Assembly (NCBI GenBank): GCA_965112635.1
Contig: OZ218778.1
Location: forward strand, 2,208,001 to 2,272,000
Reading direction: 5' to 3'
Source: an uncultured bacterium
GTDB lineage: Bacteria > Oederibacteriota > Oederibacteriia > Oederibacteriales > Oederibacteriaceae
Length of the DNA stretch: 64,000 nucleotides
Within the stretch, counting starts at the first letter, position 1. Every line of letters begins with the position of its first letter. Shown here one piece after another: positions 11,526 to 22,054 of this stretch. Both the position numbers and the translations under genes were made by a program. The notes beneath the pieces are model-generated. The model saw only the letters and a program-made list of their open reading frames with translations, had not been told where the DNA came from and did not search any database.

Positions 11526-12572
11526 ATGAAAAAACCAGTCGCCCTGGCCATGTTGTCCGGCGGCCTGGACAGCATGCTAGCCACCAAGATCATCCAGGAG
11601 ATGGGTATCGAGGTCAAAGCTATCAACTTTTACACAGGCTTTTGCATGATCGAGCAAAAACGGAGATTGGGTCTCAAAGACAAAAAAGGCGGTTATATCC
11701 AGAACGAAAGTTTGGCAGCCGGCGCCAACCTGTCCGTCCCTGTGGACCTTGTGGACATTTCCGCGGATTATTCCGAAGCGCTCCTCAATCCTCGTCACGG
11801 GTACGGTTCGGCTATGAACCCCTGCATCGACTGCCGCATCTACATGCTCAAAAACGCCAAAAAATTGATCCAAGAGGGCCAAGCTGATTTTGTAGTCACC
11901 GGCGAGGTAATAGGACAGCGGCCTATGTCCCAGCACTTGCGTGCGCTCAATATCATTGAGGAGGAAAGCGGGCTGCAGGGATTGATCGTCCGTCCATTGT
12001 CCGCCAAAGTATTAGCTCCCACTATTCCGGAAACCAAAGGCTGGGTCAAAAGGGAACAGATGTATGCCATCAAAGGCCGTGGCCGCAAGGAGCAGATAGC
12101 CCTGGCCCAAAAGTTTGGTATTCAAAATTACCCCCAACCAGCAGGCGGTTGTTGCCTTTTGACGGACCAGAACTTTTCTGAACGGCTCAAGGACTATTTG
12201 AACAATGAGTTTATAACTGACAAAGACCTTTCCGCGGAAAAGGTCATCCTGCTCAGGACAGGAAGGCACTTTAGGATCAACAAGAACTTGAGGATCGTGG
12301 TTTCCCGCAATGAGGCTGAATCCAGGCTTTTAGAGCCCTATAAACAGCATGGCTGGGCCTATTCCATCCCGGCTGGGCCTGGACCCCTCACAATCACCTT
12401 GGGTGAGCCTTCTTCCGGCGAGCACGAGATGATCGCCAGTATAACGGCCCGTTATAGCGACCTGAGAACGCAGGCAAAGGTCGAGGTCCTTTGCTCAGGC
12501 CATGGCCGCCAGGACAAGCTGGTTGTCCAACCCTGGACTGATGAACCTCATTTGGAAAAGATGAAGATATAG
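11526..12572 (+). CDS. PP-loop tRNA sulfurtransferase-like protein (ThiI/MnmA-like)
   Basis: SGGLDS PP-loop, NPCIDC, TGEVIGQRPMSQ, PAGGCCLLTD, GRHFR. Start set at the ATG at 11526. Confidence 0.85.
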   Translation: MKKPVALAMLSGGLDSMLATKIIQEMGIEVKAINFYTGFCMIEQKRRLGLKDKKGGYIQNESLAAGANLSVPVDLVDISADYSEALLNPRHGYGSAMNPCIDCRIYMLKNAKKLIQEGQADFVVTGEVIGQRPMSQHLRALNIIEEESGLQGLIVRPLSAKVLAPTIPETKGWVKREQMYAIKGRGRKEQIALAQKFGIQNYPQPAGGCCLLTDQNFSERLKDYLNNEFITDKDLSAEKVILLRTGRHFRINKNLRIVVSRNEAESRLLEPYKQHGWAYSIPAGPGPLTITLGEPSSGEHEMIASITARYSDLRTQAKVEVLCSGHGRQDKLVVQPWTDEPHLEKMKI

Positions 12573-12608
12573 GATTGGTTCTGCAGGTATTAGAATTGAT
12601 AGGCGAGA

Positions 12609-15600
12609 TTAGACGTTAAATGTTTGCAGGGGCATGCGTATGGTCTGGCCAGACAGGCTGTGCATGCTCAGGCGATAGTGGTAGGTTCCTGCCACGAGTT
12701 TGACAGGGCATTTCCATTCCAAACCGCTGTACTCCTTGGGATACACATTCCCCTCGATCTTATCCAGCTTATTACCTTTGAGGTCCGATATCTCAATGGT
12801 CACCAGTCCGTTCTCCAAGGCCAGGTAGTAGAACTTCACGCTGTTTTCCACGGGATGATAATAAGCAAAAATATCCCGGTTAATGTTCAGGTTGACCACG
12901 GGAGCTTCCACAAATACCTTGGATAATTTCAGTATGGGCTGATTGGGGATAGAGACCAGCAGGTCATACTCGCCTTTAAGTATTTTCCCGGAGAAATACT
13001 GGCCATTGGTGTTGGTGTTTATGGTCCGAATAAGCTGGCCTTTTTGCATCAGGTCTATCCTGGCCTGGTTCACGGGCTTGGTTCCGTACTCATCCAGCAC
13101 CCTGCCGCACACAATGGAGTATTTTTGCTTTATTTTGATGGCAACGTGGCTGGCGATCTTTCCTATGCCCTGCTGGGGGTTGTAGGAAACGATATGGAAA
13201 TACCAGTTCCCCTCGCTGATATTGTTAAAAGTTGCGTTAAAGAGCTGGGTTTTAGTGCTTTGTTCCGTGGGGATTGTTTCCGGGTTCTGGTCCAGCAGGT
13301 AATAATAGGCGTTGACCCCGTCCTTGAAGTTGGGCGCGATCCAGCTGAAGATGGGATTGTCGTTCTCGTAGCTTTCCAGGCTGTTGGGGTGGGTAGGCGA
13401 CTGGGCTTCGGGAGGCGGGGGCGTTTTGGAGATAAAAACAGGGTAATGTGCCGCGATCTCCCCGGTCAGGCCGCTGGAGGTGACCACCACCACATGGAAA
13501 TACCACTTGCCCTCCTTGACGTTGGACAGGAACAGGCTGTTTTCCAGGGTCCAGGTGCCGTCGTTGCTGGAGGGAACGGTCTTCTCGTTCTGGTCAAATT
13601 TGTAGTAGTAACCCTCGATGCCACCCACCGAGGCCGAACATCCCCATTTGAACAGGATATCGGTTTCAGCGTACCACGTATTCCGCAGCGGGTGCGTGGG
13701 AGAGAACACGATGGGCACTTTGGGCTTGTTGCTGTCGATATTGACTTTAAAGTGCGAGGTGGAGCTTAGGTTTCCGGTGATGTCTTTGGAAGCTAGGTGC
13801 AAGTACCAAGTGCCCGATTTCATGTTGGAAAGGGTCAGGTTGGTGTCCTTGGTCCACAGGGCCATGGGTGGCCGTGGGTCGGTCGAAGGAAAAGCGTCCA
13901 GGGCGTAGTAAAACCCGGTAATGCCGCCTTTGTTCTCCGGCGTGGTCCAGTTAAAAACGACCGTGTCCTCGTAGTACCATTTTTGCTGGTCCGGATGCGT
14001 GGAGGAAGTGACGGCCGGCGCCGTGGAATACTTGTCGCAAAGCGCTTTGGCCTGTTTGTTGCCCATAGTCTGCTCGTTGCCCGCCTTGTCCACGGCGTGG
14101 ATGGTGTAATAGTAGGTCTGCCCGTGCTCCAGATTGTTCGGGGAGTCCATGAACTTTTCGTCGGTCAACTTTTGGTCCTGCGAGATAAGGTCACCGGTTA
14201 GCCCCATTTCGGTGGAACGGTAGACCCTGTAGAAATGGGTGCCGCTCACCGGGTCGCTGACCTTTTCCCAGGAGAGTTCGATGTAGCCTTCAGCCAGGGA
14301 AACGGATTTGGGGTTGACCACGGGAGGCGGCGGGGTCACGTCGATGGTGGTCGTTACCAGGGCCTCGGCCTCCGGGAAATTCTCCTGGTTGCCCGCCTTG
14401 TCCCGGCCCCTGGCCCTGAAACTGTACTGGAACGCATCCATGCCGAAAAAAGTGGCCGAGGTCAGGGTGGTGTGGGTCAGCCAGTCCTGCCAGGTGCCAT
14501 TGACGCCTTCCTTGACCTGGACGTCGTAGTAGTCCACCAGCGAGAAATTGTCGTTGCTGCTCCATTGGATGGTAAAGGCCAGGGAACGCTGGAAGTTGCC
14601 CAGGGGATGCACGGTCGTGTGGGGCGCCAAAAGGTCCAGGCAGACCTTGTGGTGGCTGGCCTGGCTCAGGTTGTCCGTGTTGTCGACCGCGCAAAGGTGG
14701 AAATAATATAGGCCTTCCTTGTCCGCCCTGACCGTGGCGCTGGTGTCCGGGGTAAAGATGCCGTTCTCCTGGGTCGGCACGGTCTGGGGATGGTTGTCCA
14801 GGGAATAATAGAAACCCTTGATGCCGGACAAGTCCTCCGGCATGGTCCATTTCATCCTGATCTCCGGGTCGGAATACCAGCGGCCCTGGTCGGGATGCGA
14901 ATCCGACAGGAGGCTGGCGGACTGGCACTGGGTGTCGATATTGAACCGGAAGTGGACGACTTCGCTCTTGTTGCCCGCCTGGTCTTTGCTCACCAGGTGG
15001 AAATACCATATTCCGTCCCGCAGGGCCGTGAGCTGGATCTCGGATTTGAGGGCCCACAGGCTGGTCTCTTCCACCGGCACGGTGTCAGGATTGGAGTCCC
15101 AGCAGTAGAGGTAGCCCACCACGCTGGACAGGCTCACTGCTTCGCTCCATTTCAGGAGCGGACGGGTCTCGCTGTACCACTGGCCGGGTTCGGGGTGCGT
15201 GGGGGAGAATATCTTTGGCGGCGTGACGCTGGTGGAGATCTGGATCTTGTAGTGGAACGGCAGCTTGCTGAGGTTACCCGCGAAATCGGCGCTGGTGATG
15301 TGGAAATACCAGGTCCCCTCGCTCAGGTTGTCGAATTTGATTTCGGTCCCTTCTAGAAAATCAGCCGTGGCCGGGTCAGGCACCGTGTCTTTTTCCTGGT
15401 CCAGGCAGGTGTAGTAGCCCTTGATCCCGGATAGGTCCGGAGGGCAAAGCCAGGTCAAGACCGCTTCGGTCTGGCGGGACCAGTCGTTTTCGCTGGGATG
15501 GGTCATGGAGGTCACGGTCGGTGCTAGGGCCACGGTGTCGATATTGATCTGATAATGGGCAGGTTCGCTCACGTTATCGGCCATATCCTTGGCCGCCAGG

Positions 15601-18143
15601 TGGAAATACCAGGACCCGTCGTTCATGTCCTGAAAACTGGCGCTGGTACCCGTGGTCCAGACGCTGGTGGTGGCGTGGGGGATGGTCTGAGGGTTCTGGT
15701 CGAACGCAAAATAGTACCCCGCGATGCCGGACAGGTCCTCAGGTGCGTCCCATTCAAAGACCGACTTGGTCTCCGTGTACCAGGCCAGGTTGTCAGGGTG
15801 CGTGGGCGAATATATCTTGGGCGTATCCACGTGCGTGTCGATACGGACAGGCAGGGTCACGGCAGGGCTCACGCATCCGGCCTGGCTCTGCACCATCACA
15901 TGGAAATACCAAACGCTGTCCTCTTTCTCGCCGAAGTTGATGGTCTGGTTGTTGGTCCAGATCCCCTTGCTCGGTTTAAAATCAAAATCCTGCTGCTGGT
16001 TGAGCTGGTAGAAACAACCGCGGATGCCCGACTTGGACCTGGCCGACTGCCAGTGCACCACAGGCTGGTTATGGCTGTACCATTTCTTGGGGTCCTGATG
16101 CGTCAGAGAGCTTACCGTGGGCTGACCTACCGTCAGGTCAATGCACACGCCGTAGTGGGCGGGTTCGCTCAGGTTGTTGGCCTTGTCCTTGGCTACGACG
16201 TGCATGTGCCAGATGCCGTCCTCGATGTTCTTGAACTGGAACCCGGTCTGGGTGGTCCAGATGGAGTTCCTCTCGTCCGGGACCGTATCGCGATTCTTGT
16301 CCAGACAGAGGTAGTAGCCCTCGATCCCGGAAAGGTCGTGAGGGGTGGCCCAGGTGAACTGCGGCTGGTTGTGGCTGTACCACTCCTGCTGGTCCGGGTG
16401 TGAAGGCGAGTTGATGACCGGGATAGGCGCGACGGTGTCGACCTTGATCTGGTAGTGGCAGCAGGTGTCAGCCATGTTGCCCGAGGTGTCTTTGGGTCTT
16501 AGGTGGAAATACCAGACGCCGTCGGCGATGTCGCGGAAGATATGGTTGTTCTTTTTGGTAAAATGCGCTTCCTCCATGTCCGGGATGGTGTCCGAGAAGG
16601 CGTCCAGGATGTAGTAGTGGCCGTCGATCTCAGACGAGTTTTCCCACTGGAACATAAAGTCACGGTGGTTGGACCAGCCGTCGGCCGAGAGCAGGTTGGG
16701 GGAACTGATTTTAGGCAGGACCGGGGTCTTGGTGGTGAAACTGCCTTCCTTGACCTCCTGGAACGAGCCGCCGGTCAAGGAACTGACCAGTCTATAATGG
16801 TAGGTCGTGTTGGACTTGAGGTCCCCTAGGGCCACCGCATGCTTGTAGGTATCGGTCTGGTCCGTGACCATGCGGTCCAGCAGGCCGCTGGTACCGTACT
16901 GTACGATGGTCGGGGCAGGTTCCGTGGTGGTCCAGTTCAGAGTAGCCGAACAGGAGGTCAGCTTGGTGATCAGGGGCTCGGACATCTCCACGGGCGAGGG
17001 GCTGTCCGAAAAACCGGATTTGTAGAGCTTGCCGGAGTTTTCCGTGGCCACGTAGAGCCGGCGGCCGTAGACCGCCATGCTGCGGACCCCATCGTCGGGC
17101 AGAGTAAAGGCCGTCTCCCATTCCTCGCCGTTGCTGGTCTTGTAGACTTTGCCCTTATCGCCGGTGCCGGCGTAGAGCGTGTTGTTGAAGGAAGTGAAGC
17201 AAAAAAAGTTGATGTCCTCCGAACTGCTGAAGCACGAGCTCCAGGTTTTGCCGTTGCCGGAGCAGAAGACCGCGCCGCCGGCAACCTTGTTGCTGGTGCC
17301 GGCATAGATCTTGTCCCTGAAAACGTGGAAGGCCTGGACAAAGGACTGGTCGGTCTGCCAGACCTTTTCCCAGGTCTTGGCGTCGTAGGAGCGGTAGATG
17401 ATGCCGTTGGGATAGGTGCCGCAGAACAAGGCCCGCTCGAAGATCGCCAGGGAGCAGCAGCTGGCCTCGCTGGTCTCGAACACCACGGACCAGCTCTTGC
17501 CGTTAAATTGCAGGATCCTGCCGGGCGTGGACGAGGCCGCGTAGAGCTTGTCCCGGAAATGGCACAGGCTGTGGATGCGGTCCTGCTTGGTCTCGGCCAG
17601 GCAGTTCCAGGAAAGGCCGTCCTTGGTGGAATAAACCCTTCCGTAAGAATTGGTACCGGCAAAAAGCAGGGGAACCCCGTCCAGGGTGCCGGATTCCAGG
17701 CAATACACCTGAGGGGTCAAGTCTTCGGCGTTTTCAGGTTCCTTGGGCTTGTTTTTGCCGCTATTTTTCTGTTTCAGGGGGTTAAAGAACTGGGAAGTGG
17801 CTTGGGTCAGCAGGATGGTCTTCCAGGAACCAGGGTCACCGGTTTGGGAGAACATGACGCCATCCCTGTTGCTGCAACAGAAGATCTTGCCGTTAAATTC
17901 ACGCAGAGAATACAAGCAAGGATGGCTTGACTCTTGATAAACCACATCAAACGCCGGGGACGCGCTATTTTGCAGGAAAAGCTCGATGGCCCGGGAGATA
18001 TTTTGGAAGGCTTCTTTTTTGGTCTTGCCCTGGCTGACACAGCCGGGGAGCAGGGGGCACTCGGCGGTAAAGGTCTCTTTGTCAGTTTTTTTGATGGAAA
18101 TAGGAAAACTCTTTTTTACTTCCGCGGATGGCACGAAAAGCAT
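12609..18143 (-). CDS. 1844-aa multidomain protein: HicB-like (UPF0150) N-terminal domain, beta-propeller, Fn3/Ig-like repeats, carboxypeptidase-regulatory-like domain, FlgD-Ig/CTD-like tail
   Basis: FTAECPLLPGCVSQGKTKKEAFQNISRAIELFL (HicB-like); Asp-box-like S-x-D/N-G-x-T/S-W repeats; ten ~100-aa SPTHP..WY..W..SGI.GYY..D..WYFH repeats plus three Fn3-like domains; GGAG RBS upstream. Confidence 0.8.
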   Translation of the reverse strand: MLFVPSAEVKKSFPISIKKTDKETFTAECPLLPGCVSQGKTKKEAFQNISRAIELFLQNSASPAFDVVYQESSHPCLYSLREFNGKIFCCSNRDGVMFSQTGDPGSWKTILLTQATSQFFNPLKQKNSGKNKPKEPENAEDLTPQVYCLESGTLDGVPLLFAGTNSYGRVYSTKDGLSWNCLAETKQDRIHSLCHFRDKLYAASSTPGRILQFNGKSWSVVFETSEASCCSLAIFERALFCGTYPNGIIYRSYDAKTWEKVWQTDQSFVQAFHVFRDKIYAGTSNKVAGGAVFCSGNGKTWSSCFSSSEDINFFCFTSFNNTLYAGTGDKGKVYKTSNGEEWETAFTLPDDGVRSMAVYGRRLYVATENSGKLYKSGFSDSPSPVEMSEPLITKLTSCSATLNWTTTEPAPTIVQYGTSGLLDRMVTDQTDTYKHAVALGDLKSNTTYHYRLVSSLTGGSFQEVKEGSFTTKTPVLPKISSPNLLSADGWSNHRDFMFQWENSSEIDGHYYILDAFSDTIPDMEEAHFTKKNNHIFRDIADGVWYFHLRPKDTSGNMADTCCHYQIKVDTVAPIPVINSPSHPDQQEWYSHNQPQFTWATPHDLSGIEGYYLCLDKNRDTVPDERNSIWTTQTGFQFKNIEDGIWHMHVVAKDKANNLSEPAHYGVCIDLTVGQPTVSSLTHQDPKKWYSHNQPVVHWQSARSKSGIRGCFYQLNQQQDFDFKPSKGIWTNNQTINFGEKEDSVWYFHVMVQSQAGCVSPAVTLPVRIDTHVDTPKIYSPTHPDNLAWYTETKSVFEWDAPEDLSGIAGYYFAFDQNPQTIPHATTSVWTTGTSASFQDMNDGSWYFHLAAKDMADNVSEPAHYQINIDTVALAPTVTSMTHPSENDWSRQTEAVLTWLCPPDLSGIKGYYTCLDQEKDTVPDPATADFLEGTEIKFDNLSEGTWYFHITSADFAGNLSKLPFHYKIQISTSVTPPKIFSPTHPEPGQWYSETRPLLKWSEAVSLSSVVGYLYCWDSNPDTVPVEETSLWALKSEIQLTALRDGIWYFHLVSKDQAGNKSEVVHFRFNIDTQCQSASLLSDSHPDQGRWYSDPEIRMKWTMPEDLSGIKGFYYSLDNHPQTVPTQENGIFTPDTSATVRADKEGLYYFHLCAVDNTDNLSQASHHKVCLDLLAPHTTVHPLGNFQRSLAFTIQWSSNDNFSLVDYYDVQVKEGVNGTWQDWLTHTTLTSATFFGMDAFQYSFRARGRDKAGNQENFPEAEALVTTTIDVTPPPPVVNPKSVSLAEGYIELSWEKVSDPVSGTHFYRVYRSTEMGLTGDLISQDQKLTDEKFMDSPNNLEHGQTYYYTIHAVDKAGNEQTMGNKQAKALCDKYSTAPAVTSSTHPDQQKWYYEDTVVFNWTTPENKGGITGFYYALDAFPSTDPRPPMALWTKDTNLTLSNMKSGTWYLHLASKDITGNLSSTSHFKVNIDSNKPKVPIVFSPTHPLRNTWYAETDILFKWGCSASVGGIEGYYYKFDQNEKTVPSSNDGTWTLENSLFLSNVKEGKWYFHVVVVTSSGLTGEIAAHYPVFISKTPPPPEAQSPTHPNSLESYENDNPIFSWIAPNFKDGVNAYYYLLDQNPETIPTEQSTKTQLFNATFNNISEGNWYFHIVSYNPQQGIGKIASHVAIKIKQKYSIVCGRVLDEYGTKPVNQARIDLMQKGQLIRTINTNTNGQYFSGKILKGEYDLLVSIPNQPILKLSKVFVEAPVVNLNINRDIFAYYHPVENSVKFYYLALENGLVTIEISDLKGNKLDKIEGNVYPKEYSGLEWKCPVKLVAGTYHYRLSMHSLSGQTIRMPLQTFNV

Positions 18144-18344
18144 ATTGCTCCTATAAATAATTGCTTGGTTTTGAGGAACACATTTTAAAATTGTCTAGTG
18201 GTAAAGTCAATGAATGATGAGTAATATATTAATATAACCTTTAAAGGTTAAGTCATTTTTTTTCTTGATAAAAAAATATGCCATAAAAAAATTATTGACA
18301 ATCGGCCGCCAAATCACCTAGCAAACGGCTGAGAGGGAGTTGCT

Positions 18345-18968
18345 TTGAAAATATTGGTTTTAGACAGTGGGGAGCCCTTTTTCGAGAATACTTACCTGGT
18401 TTATGACCAGGATTCATTGGAGGGAGTGGTTATTGATCCAGGCTGCAGTCCTGCCAAAATACTTAAGGAGATCAAGGATAACAAGCTCAAGATCAAGTAT
18501 ATTTTGCTGACACATGGACATGCTGACCATATCGCTGGCCTGACCGGCCTGGCCCAGGAGACCAAGGCGCCGGTCCTGGTCCATGAGTTCGATGCCCCGT
18601 ATTTGGAAGACCCGGCCAAGAACCTTTCCGGGTTCATGGGAGCGCCGGTTATAGCCCCCAAGCCCCAGCAACTGCTCAGGGACGGCTCAGAGGTGAGTGT
18701 CCAGGGCATCACTTTCAGGGTCCTGCACACGCCGGGCCATACTCCGGGCAGCGTGTGCTACCTGACCCAGGCCGGTCTGTTCTCCGGCGATACTATCTTC
18801 CAAGAATCCATTGGACGCACAGACTTTCCCGGCAGTTCCTCTGATAATATTATAAGGTCCATCAAGGAAAAGATTTGGGCCTTGCCGGGATCAACGGCGA
18901 TCTATTCAGGCCACGGCGAACCGACCACTGTGAGCCACGAAAAAAAACACAACCCGTTCATCGATTAG
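18345..18968 (+). CDS. MBL-fold metallo-hydrolase (glyoxalase II/YcbL-like)
   Basis: THGHADH, HTPGHTPG, FSGD, GHG, NPF. Confidence 0.93.
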   Translation: MKILVLDSGEPFFENTYLVYDQDSLEGVVIDPGCSPAKILKEIKDNKLKIKYILLTHGHADHIAGLTGLAQETKAPVLVHEFDAPYLEDPAKNLSGFMGAPVIAPKPQQLLRDGSEVSVQGITFRVLHTPGHTPGSVCYLTQAGLFSGDTIFQESIGRTDFPGSSSDNIIRSIKEKIWALPGSTAIYSGHGEPTTVSHEKKHNPFID

Positions 18969-18986
18969 CTAAGAAGGAGTGGTTCA

Positions 18987-20807
18987 TTGCCCAGCAAGAT
19001 CAAAGTTTTGCCTGACCATATTGTCAACAAGATCGCGGCAGGCGAGGTAATCGAAAGACCGGCCTCAGTCCTGAAAGAACTTATCGAGAACAGCCTGGAC
19101 GCGGGCGCTAAAAATATTTTCGTTGAGATCGCAGGGGATGGAACCAAGCTTATTAAAGTAAAAGATGATGGCTCAGGTATGACGCCTGAGGACGCTCTTT
19201 TGTGCCTGGAACGTCACGCCACCAGCAAGATCTCAGGTTTTGACGACCTGGAAAGCCTGCGCTCCTTCGGTTTCAGGGGAGAGGCCCTGCCGTCTATCAG
19301 TTCGGTTTCGCATTTTGACCTGCTGACCAAGCCCAAAGGAGTTTTGGGCTCTGCGGTCAGGGTGGTCGTGGAAGGCCACAAACCGCCCCAAAAAAGTGAA
19401 ACCTCAGGCCCTGACGGCACCACCATTGAGGTCAGGCATTTGTTCTTTAATACGCCGGCGCGCCTCAAATTCCTCAAATCCCGGTCCACCGAGATCTCCC
19501 ACCTGATGCAGGTGGTCACTTTATACAGCCTGGCCAGCCCAGAGGTGAGTTTTGAGGTCCATCTGGACGGCAAGACCAGCCTCAAGCTAGTGCCAGCCAA
19601 GAACAAAAAAGACCGTTTGGCCCAGGTGTTCGGAAAGAGTTTCTGCGACCAGCTGGTCGAGGTCGTTCCCCAGCCTGACCTGCGGTCGGACGCTGGGATG
19701 CCGGCAATCAACGGCTATATCGGAGAACCGGCTTTAACCAGGCCCAACCGCAACACCCAGTACTTTTTTGTGAACAACCGGCCTATCGAGAGCCGGGTTT
19801 TGAGCCATGCCCTTTACAGCGGATACCGGACCCTGCTCATGTCCGGCCGTTATCCCGTGGGAATCCTTTTCCTGGAGCTGGATCCGGCCTATTTTGACGT
19901 GAACGTGCATCCGGCCAAAAAAGAAGTGCGTTTCAAGGACGAGAGCGCCATTTATCGCGAGCTCAGCACATTGATCCAAAAATCACTGGCCAAAGCCAAC
20001 TATATCCCCACAATCCCCTCTGACAGCCCGTCCAGCAGCCAGGCTTTTTACGGTTCTCTGCGTTCCAGCCAGAAGTACCCAAAGGCCATAAGAACAGCTT
20101 TAACGGATAATAGCCATCTCGCTTTAAATGAACCGGTTGCTTTGTATAAAACCAGCGGAACTGGCTCGACCTCTGAACCGGAATCTCCAGCCCAGCAGGG
20201 GAGACCCAGCCAGACTGGCCTGGTTGTCCAGCAGTTCACCCGAGTGTTCGGACAGCTGCACGCTACCTACATCCTGGCTGAGAACAGCGAAGGCCTGTGG
20301 GTGATCGACCAGCACGCGGCCCACGAGCGCGTGCTCTACGAACAGGTACTGTCCAAATACAGCCAAAAGGGCCTGGCTTCGCAAAATCTGTTGCTGCCCA
20401 TCACCCTGGACCTGACCCCGAGCCAAAAAAGCATTGCCGCGGGCAACCAGGAGGTATTGGCCAAACTCGGCTTTGAGCTCTCCATGCTCGGCGGGCAGAC
20501 CTGCAGTCTGCAGGCCGTGCCGTCCATGCTCCAACAAAAGAATTTGAAGGAGTTATTCATCACTCTCTTAGAGAACATCTTAGAGAAACCCAGGCCGCCT
20601 CAAACCTCGGAATTTCTGGATCGTATGCTCTATTACATGGCCTGCCGCTCAGCAGTGATGGCCGGGGACAACCTGACGACCGAACAGATCTACGGTCTCC
20701 TGGAGGCCCTGGTCAAGACCCAGCACCCGTTCGCCTGTTCCCACGGCCGGCCGACCATGGTCAAGATCACGGTCCCTGAAATTGAAAAATGGTTCAAGAG
20801 AACTTAA
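18987..20807 (+). CDS. mutL: DNA mismatch repair endonuclease MutL
   Basis: KIAAGEVIERPASVLKELIENSLDA, GFRGEAL, DVNVHP, DQHAAHERVLYE endonuclease motif, ACR, CSHGRP. Confidence 0.98.
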   Translation: MPSKIKVLPDHIVNKIAAGEVIERPASVLKELIENSLDAGAKNIFVEIAGDGTKLIKVKDDGSGMTPEDALLCLERHATSKISGFDDLESLRSFGFRGEALPSISSVSHFDLLTKPKGVLGSAVRVVVEGHKPPQKSETSGPDGTTIEVRHLFFNTPARLKFLKSRSTEISHLMQVVTLYSLASPEVSFEVHLDGKTSLKLVPAKNKKDRLAQVFGKSFCDQLVEVVPQPDLRSDAGMPAINGYIGEPALTRPNRNTQYFFVNNRPIESRVLSHALYSGYRTLLMSGRYPVGILFLELDPAYFDVNVHPAKKEVRFKDESAIYRELSTLIQKSLAKANYIPTIPSDSPSSSQAFYGSLRSSQKYPKAIRTALTDNSHLALNEPVALYKTSGTGSTSEPESPAQQGRPSQTGLVVQQFTRVFGQLHATYILAENSEGLWVIDQHAAHERVLYEQVLSKYSQKGLASQNLLLPITLDLTPSQKSIAAGNQEVLAKLGFELSMLGGQTCSLQAVPSMLQQKNLKELFITLLENILEKPRPPQTSEFLDRMLYYMACRSAVMAGDNLTTEQIYGLLEALVKTQHPFACSHGRPTMVKITVPEIEKWFKRT

Positions 20808-20809
20808 AC

Positions 20810-20915
20810 AAGTCCAAGGTCAAAAGTCCAAAGTCCAAGGTAAGAAAAAATTCAAAGCTGAAATATCGAAAAAAGAATTATGTTGAGATTTTTAGCGCTA
20901 TACTTTAAATGTTTA
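20810..20915 (+). repeat. Direct repeat copy 1 (about 90-100 bp, imperfect), starting with AGTCCAA-type heptamers
   Basis: The 27-bp core TTGAGATTTTTAGCGCTATACTTTAAA (20883-20909) is identical to 22118-22144. Confidence 0.85.
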
Positions 20916-21000
20916 CGGCATAGTTAATGTGCTATGGATTGAGTTTGTATTTTAACTTTGGACTTTGGACCTGAGACCTCGGACTGTATTTAGGAGCGAT

Positions 21001-22050
21001 ATGGCTGATACATTAAAACGCTGTCTTGATGACCTGGAATCCCGGCTGGATGAAAAGGTCGAGACCCAGCTTTACACCCAATGGGTGGAATTCACGGAAA
21101 ACCAGTCCAAGAGCGAGGTTTTCGAGCCCAGGAGGCTCCAGAGGTCGGTCCCGCGGGTCGAATGGCCCAAGGTCCTTATTAACGACACCCTGGAAAACAC
21201 CGAACTCATGGCCCTGCGGGAATACAAAACCTGCTCCGACCTTTTGGAGAACGGCGAGGGTTACCTGCTGTGCGTGCGGAGCAACTACGGCACAGGCATC
21301 ATCTCCAGCCTGTTCGGGGCAGAGTTGTTTTTGCTGGATAAGGAACTGGATACGCTTCCCACGGTTAAACCCTTGGGGGACAACAAAAAGATCAGGGATC
21401 TGGTGGACAAAGGCGTGCCTGACCTGGACGCCGGTTTTGGGGCCAAGGTCATGGACATGGGACGATTTTTCAGGGATGTGGCCCAACGCTACCCCAAGAT
21501 CGGGAAATTCGTGTACCAGTACCATCCTGACCTGCAGGGGCCCATGGACAGCGCCGACCTGGTCTGGGGCAGCGACATATTCCTGGCTATTTACGACGAG
21601 CCGGACCTGCTGGACAGCTTTTTGGGGCTCATGACCGACACCTACATCAAGTTCATGAAAAAATGGCAGGAATCCTTCCAGCCCGCGGGACCTTACACCT
21701 TTCACTGGGGCTTTATGCAAAAGGGGAGCCTGATGATCCGCGAAGACTCCTGCACCAACCTTTCGCCGGATAATTACGCTCGTTTTATTAAACCTTACGA
21801 CCAGACCCTGTTGGATATTTTCAACGGCGGGTGCCTCCACTTTTGCGGTAAGGGCGACCATATGATTGGGCAGTACTCAAGCCTCAGTGGCCTCTACGGC
21901 ATCAACATGACCCAGCCGGAATACAACGACATGGAGGTCATCTACAAGAACACCGTGGACAAGGGCATCAAGCTCCTCAATTTCAAGACCGACGCGGCCC
22001 GCCTCAGCCAGGAGCAGGGACGGCCCCTCAGGGGACAAGTGCACATCTAA
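21001..22050 (+). CDS. Uroporphyrinogen-decarboxylase/methyltransferase-like TIM-barrel protein
   Basis: DLQGPMD, EDSCTNLSP..Y..FIKPY, LHFCGKG motifs; AGGAG RBS before the ATG at 21001. Confidence 0.7.
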   Translation: MADTLKRCLDDLESRLDEKVETQLYTQWVEFTENQSKSEVFEPRRLQRSVPRVEWPKVLINDTLENTELMALREYKTCSDLLENGEGYLLCVRSNYGTGIISSLFGAELFLLDKELDTLPTVKPLGDNKKIRDLVDKGVPDLDAGFGAKVMDMGRFFRDVAQRYPKIGKFVYQYHPDLQGPMDSADLVWGSDIFLAIYDEPDLLDSFLGLMTDTYIKFMKKWQESFQPAGPYTFHWGFMQKGSLMIREDSCTNLSPDNYARFIKPYDQTLLDIFNGGCLHFCGKGDHMIGQYSSLSGLYGINMTQPEYNDMEVIYKNTVDKGIKLLNFKTDAARLSQEQGRPLRGQVHI

Positions 22051-22054
22051 ACAG

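Noticed and set aside
13044-17930. Many long + strand and alternate-frame ORFs over the 1844-aa gene
   Set aside because: GC-rich codon shadows without recognisable motifs.
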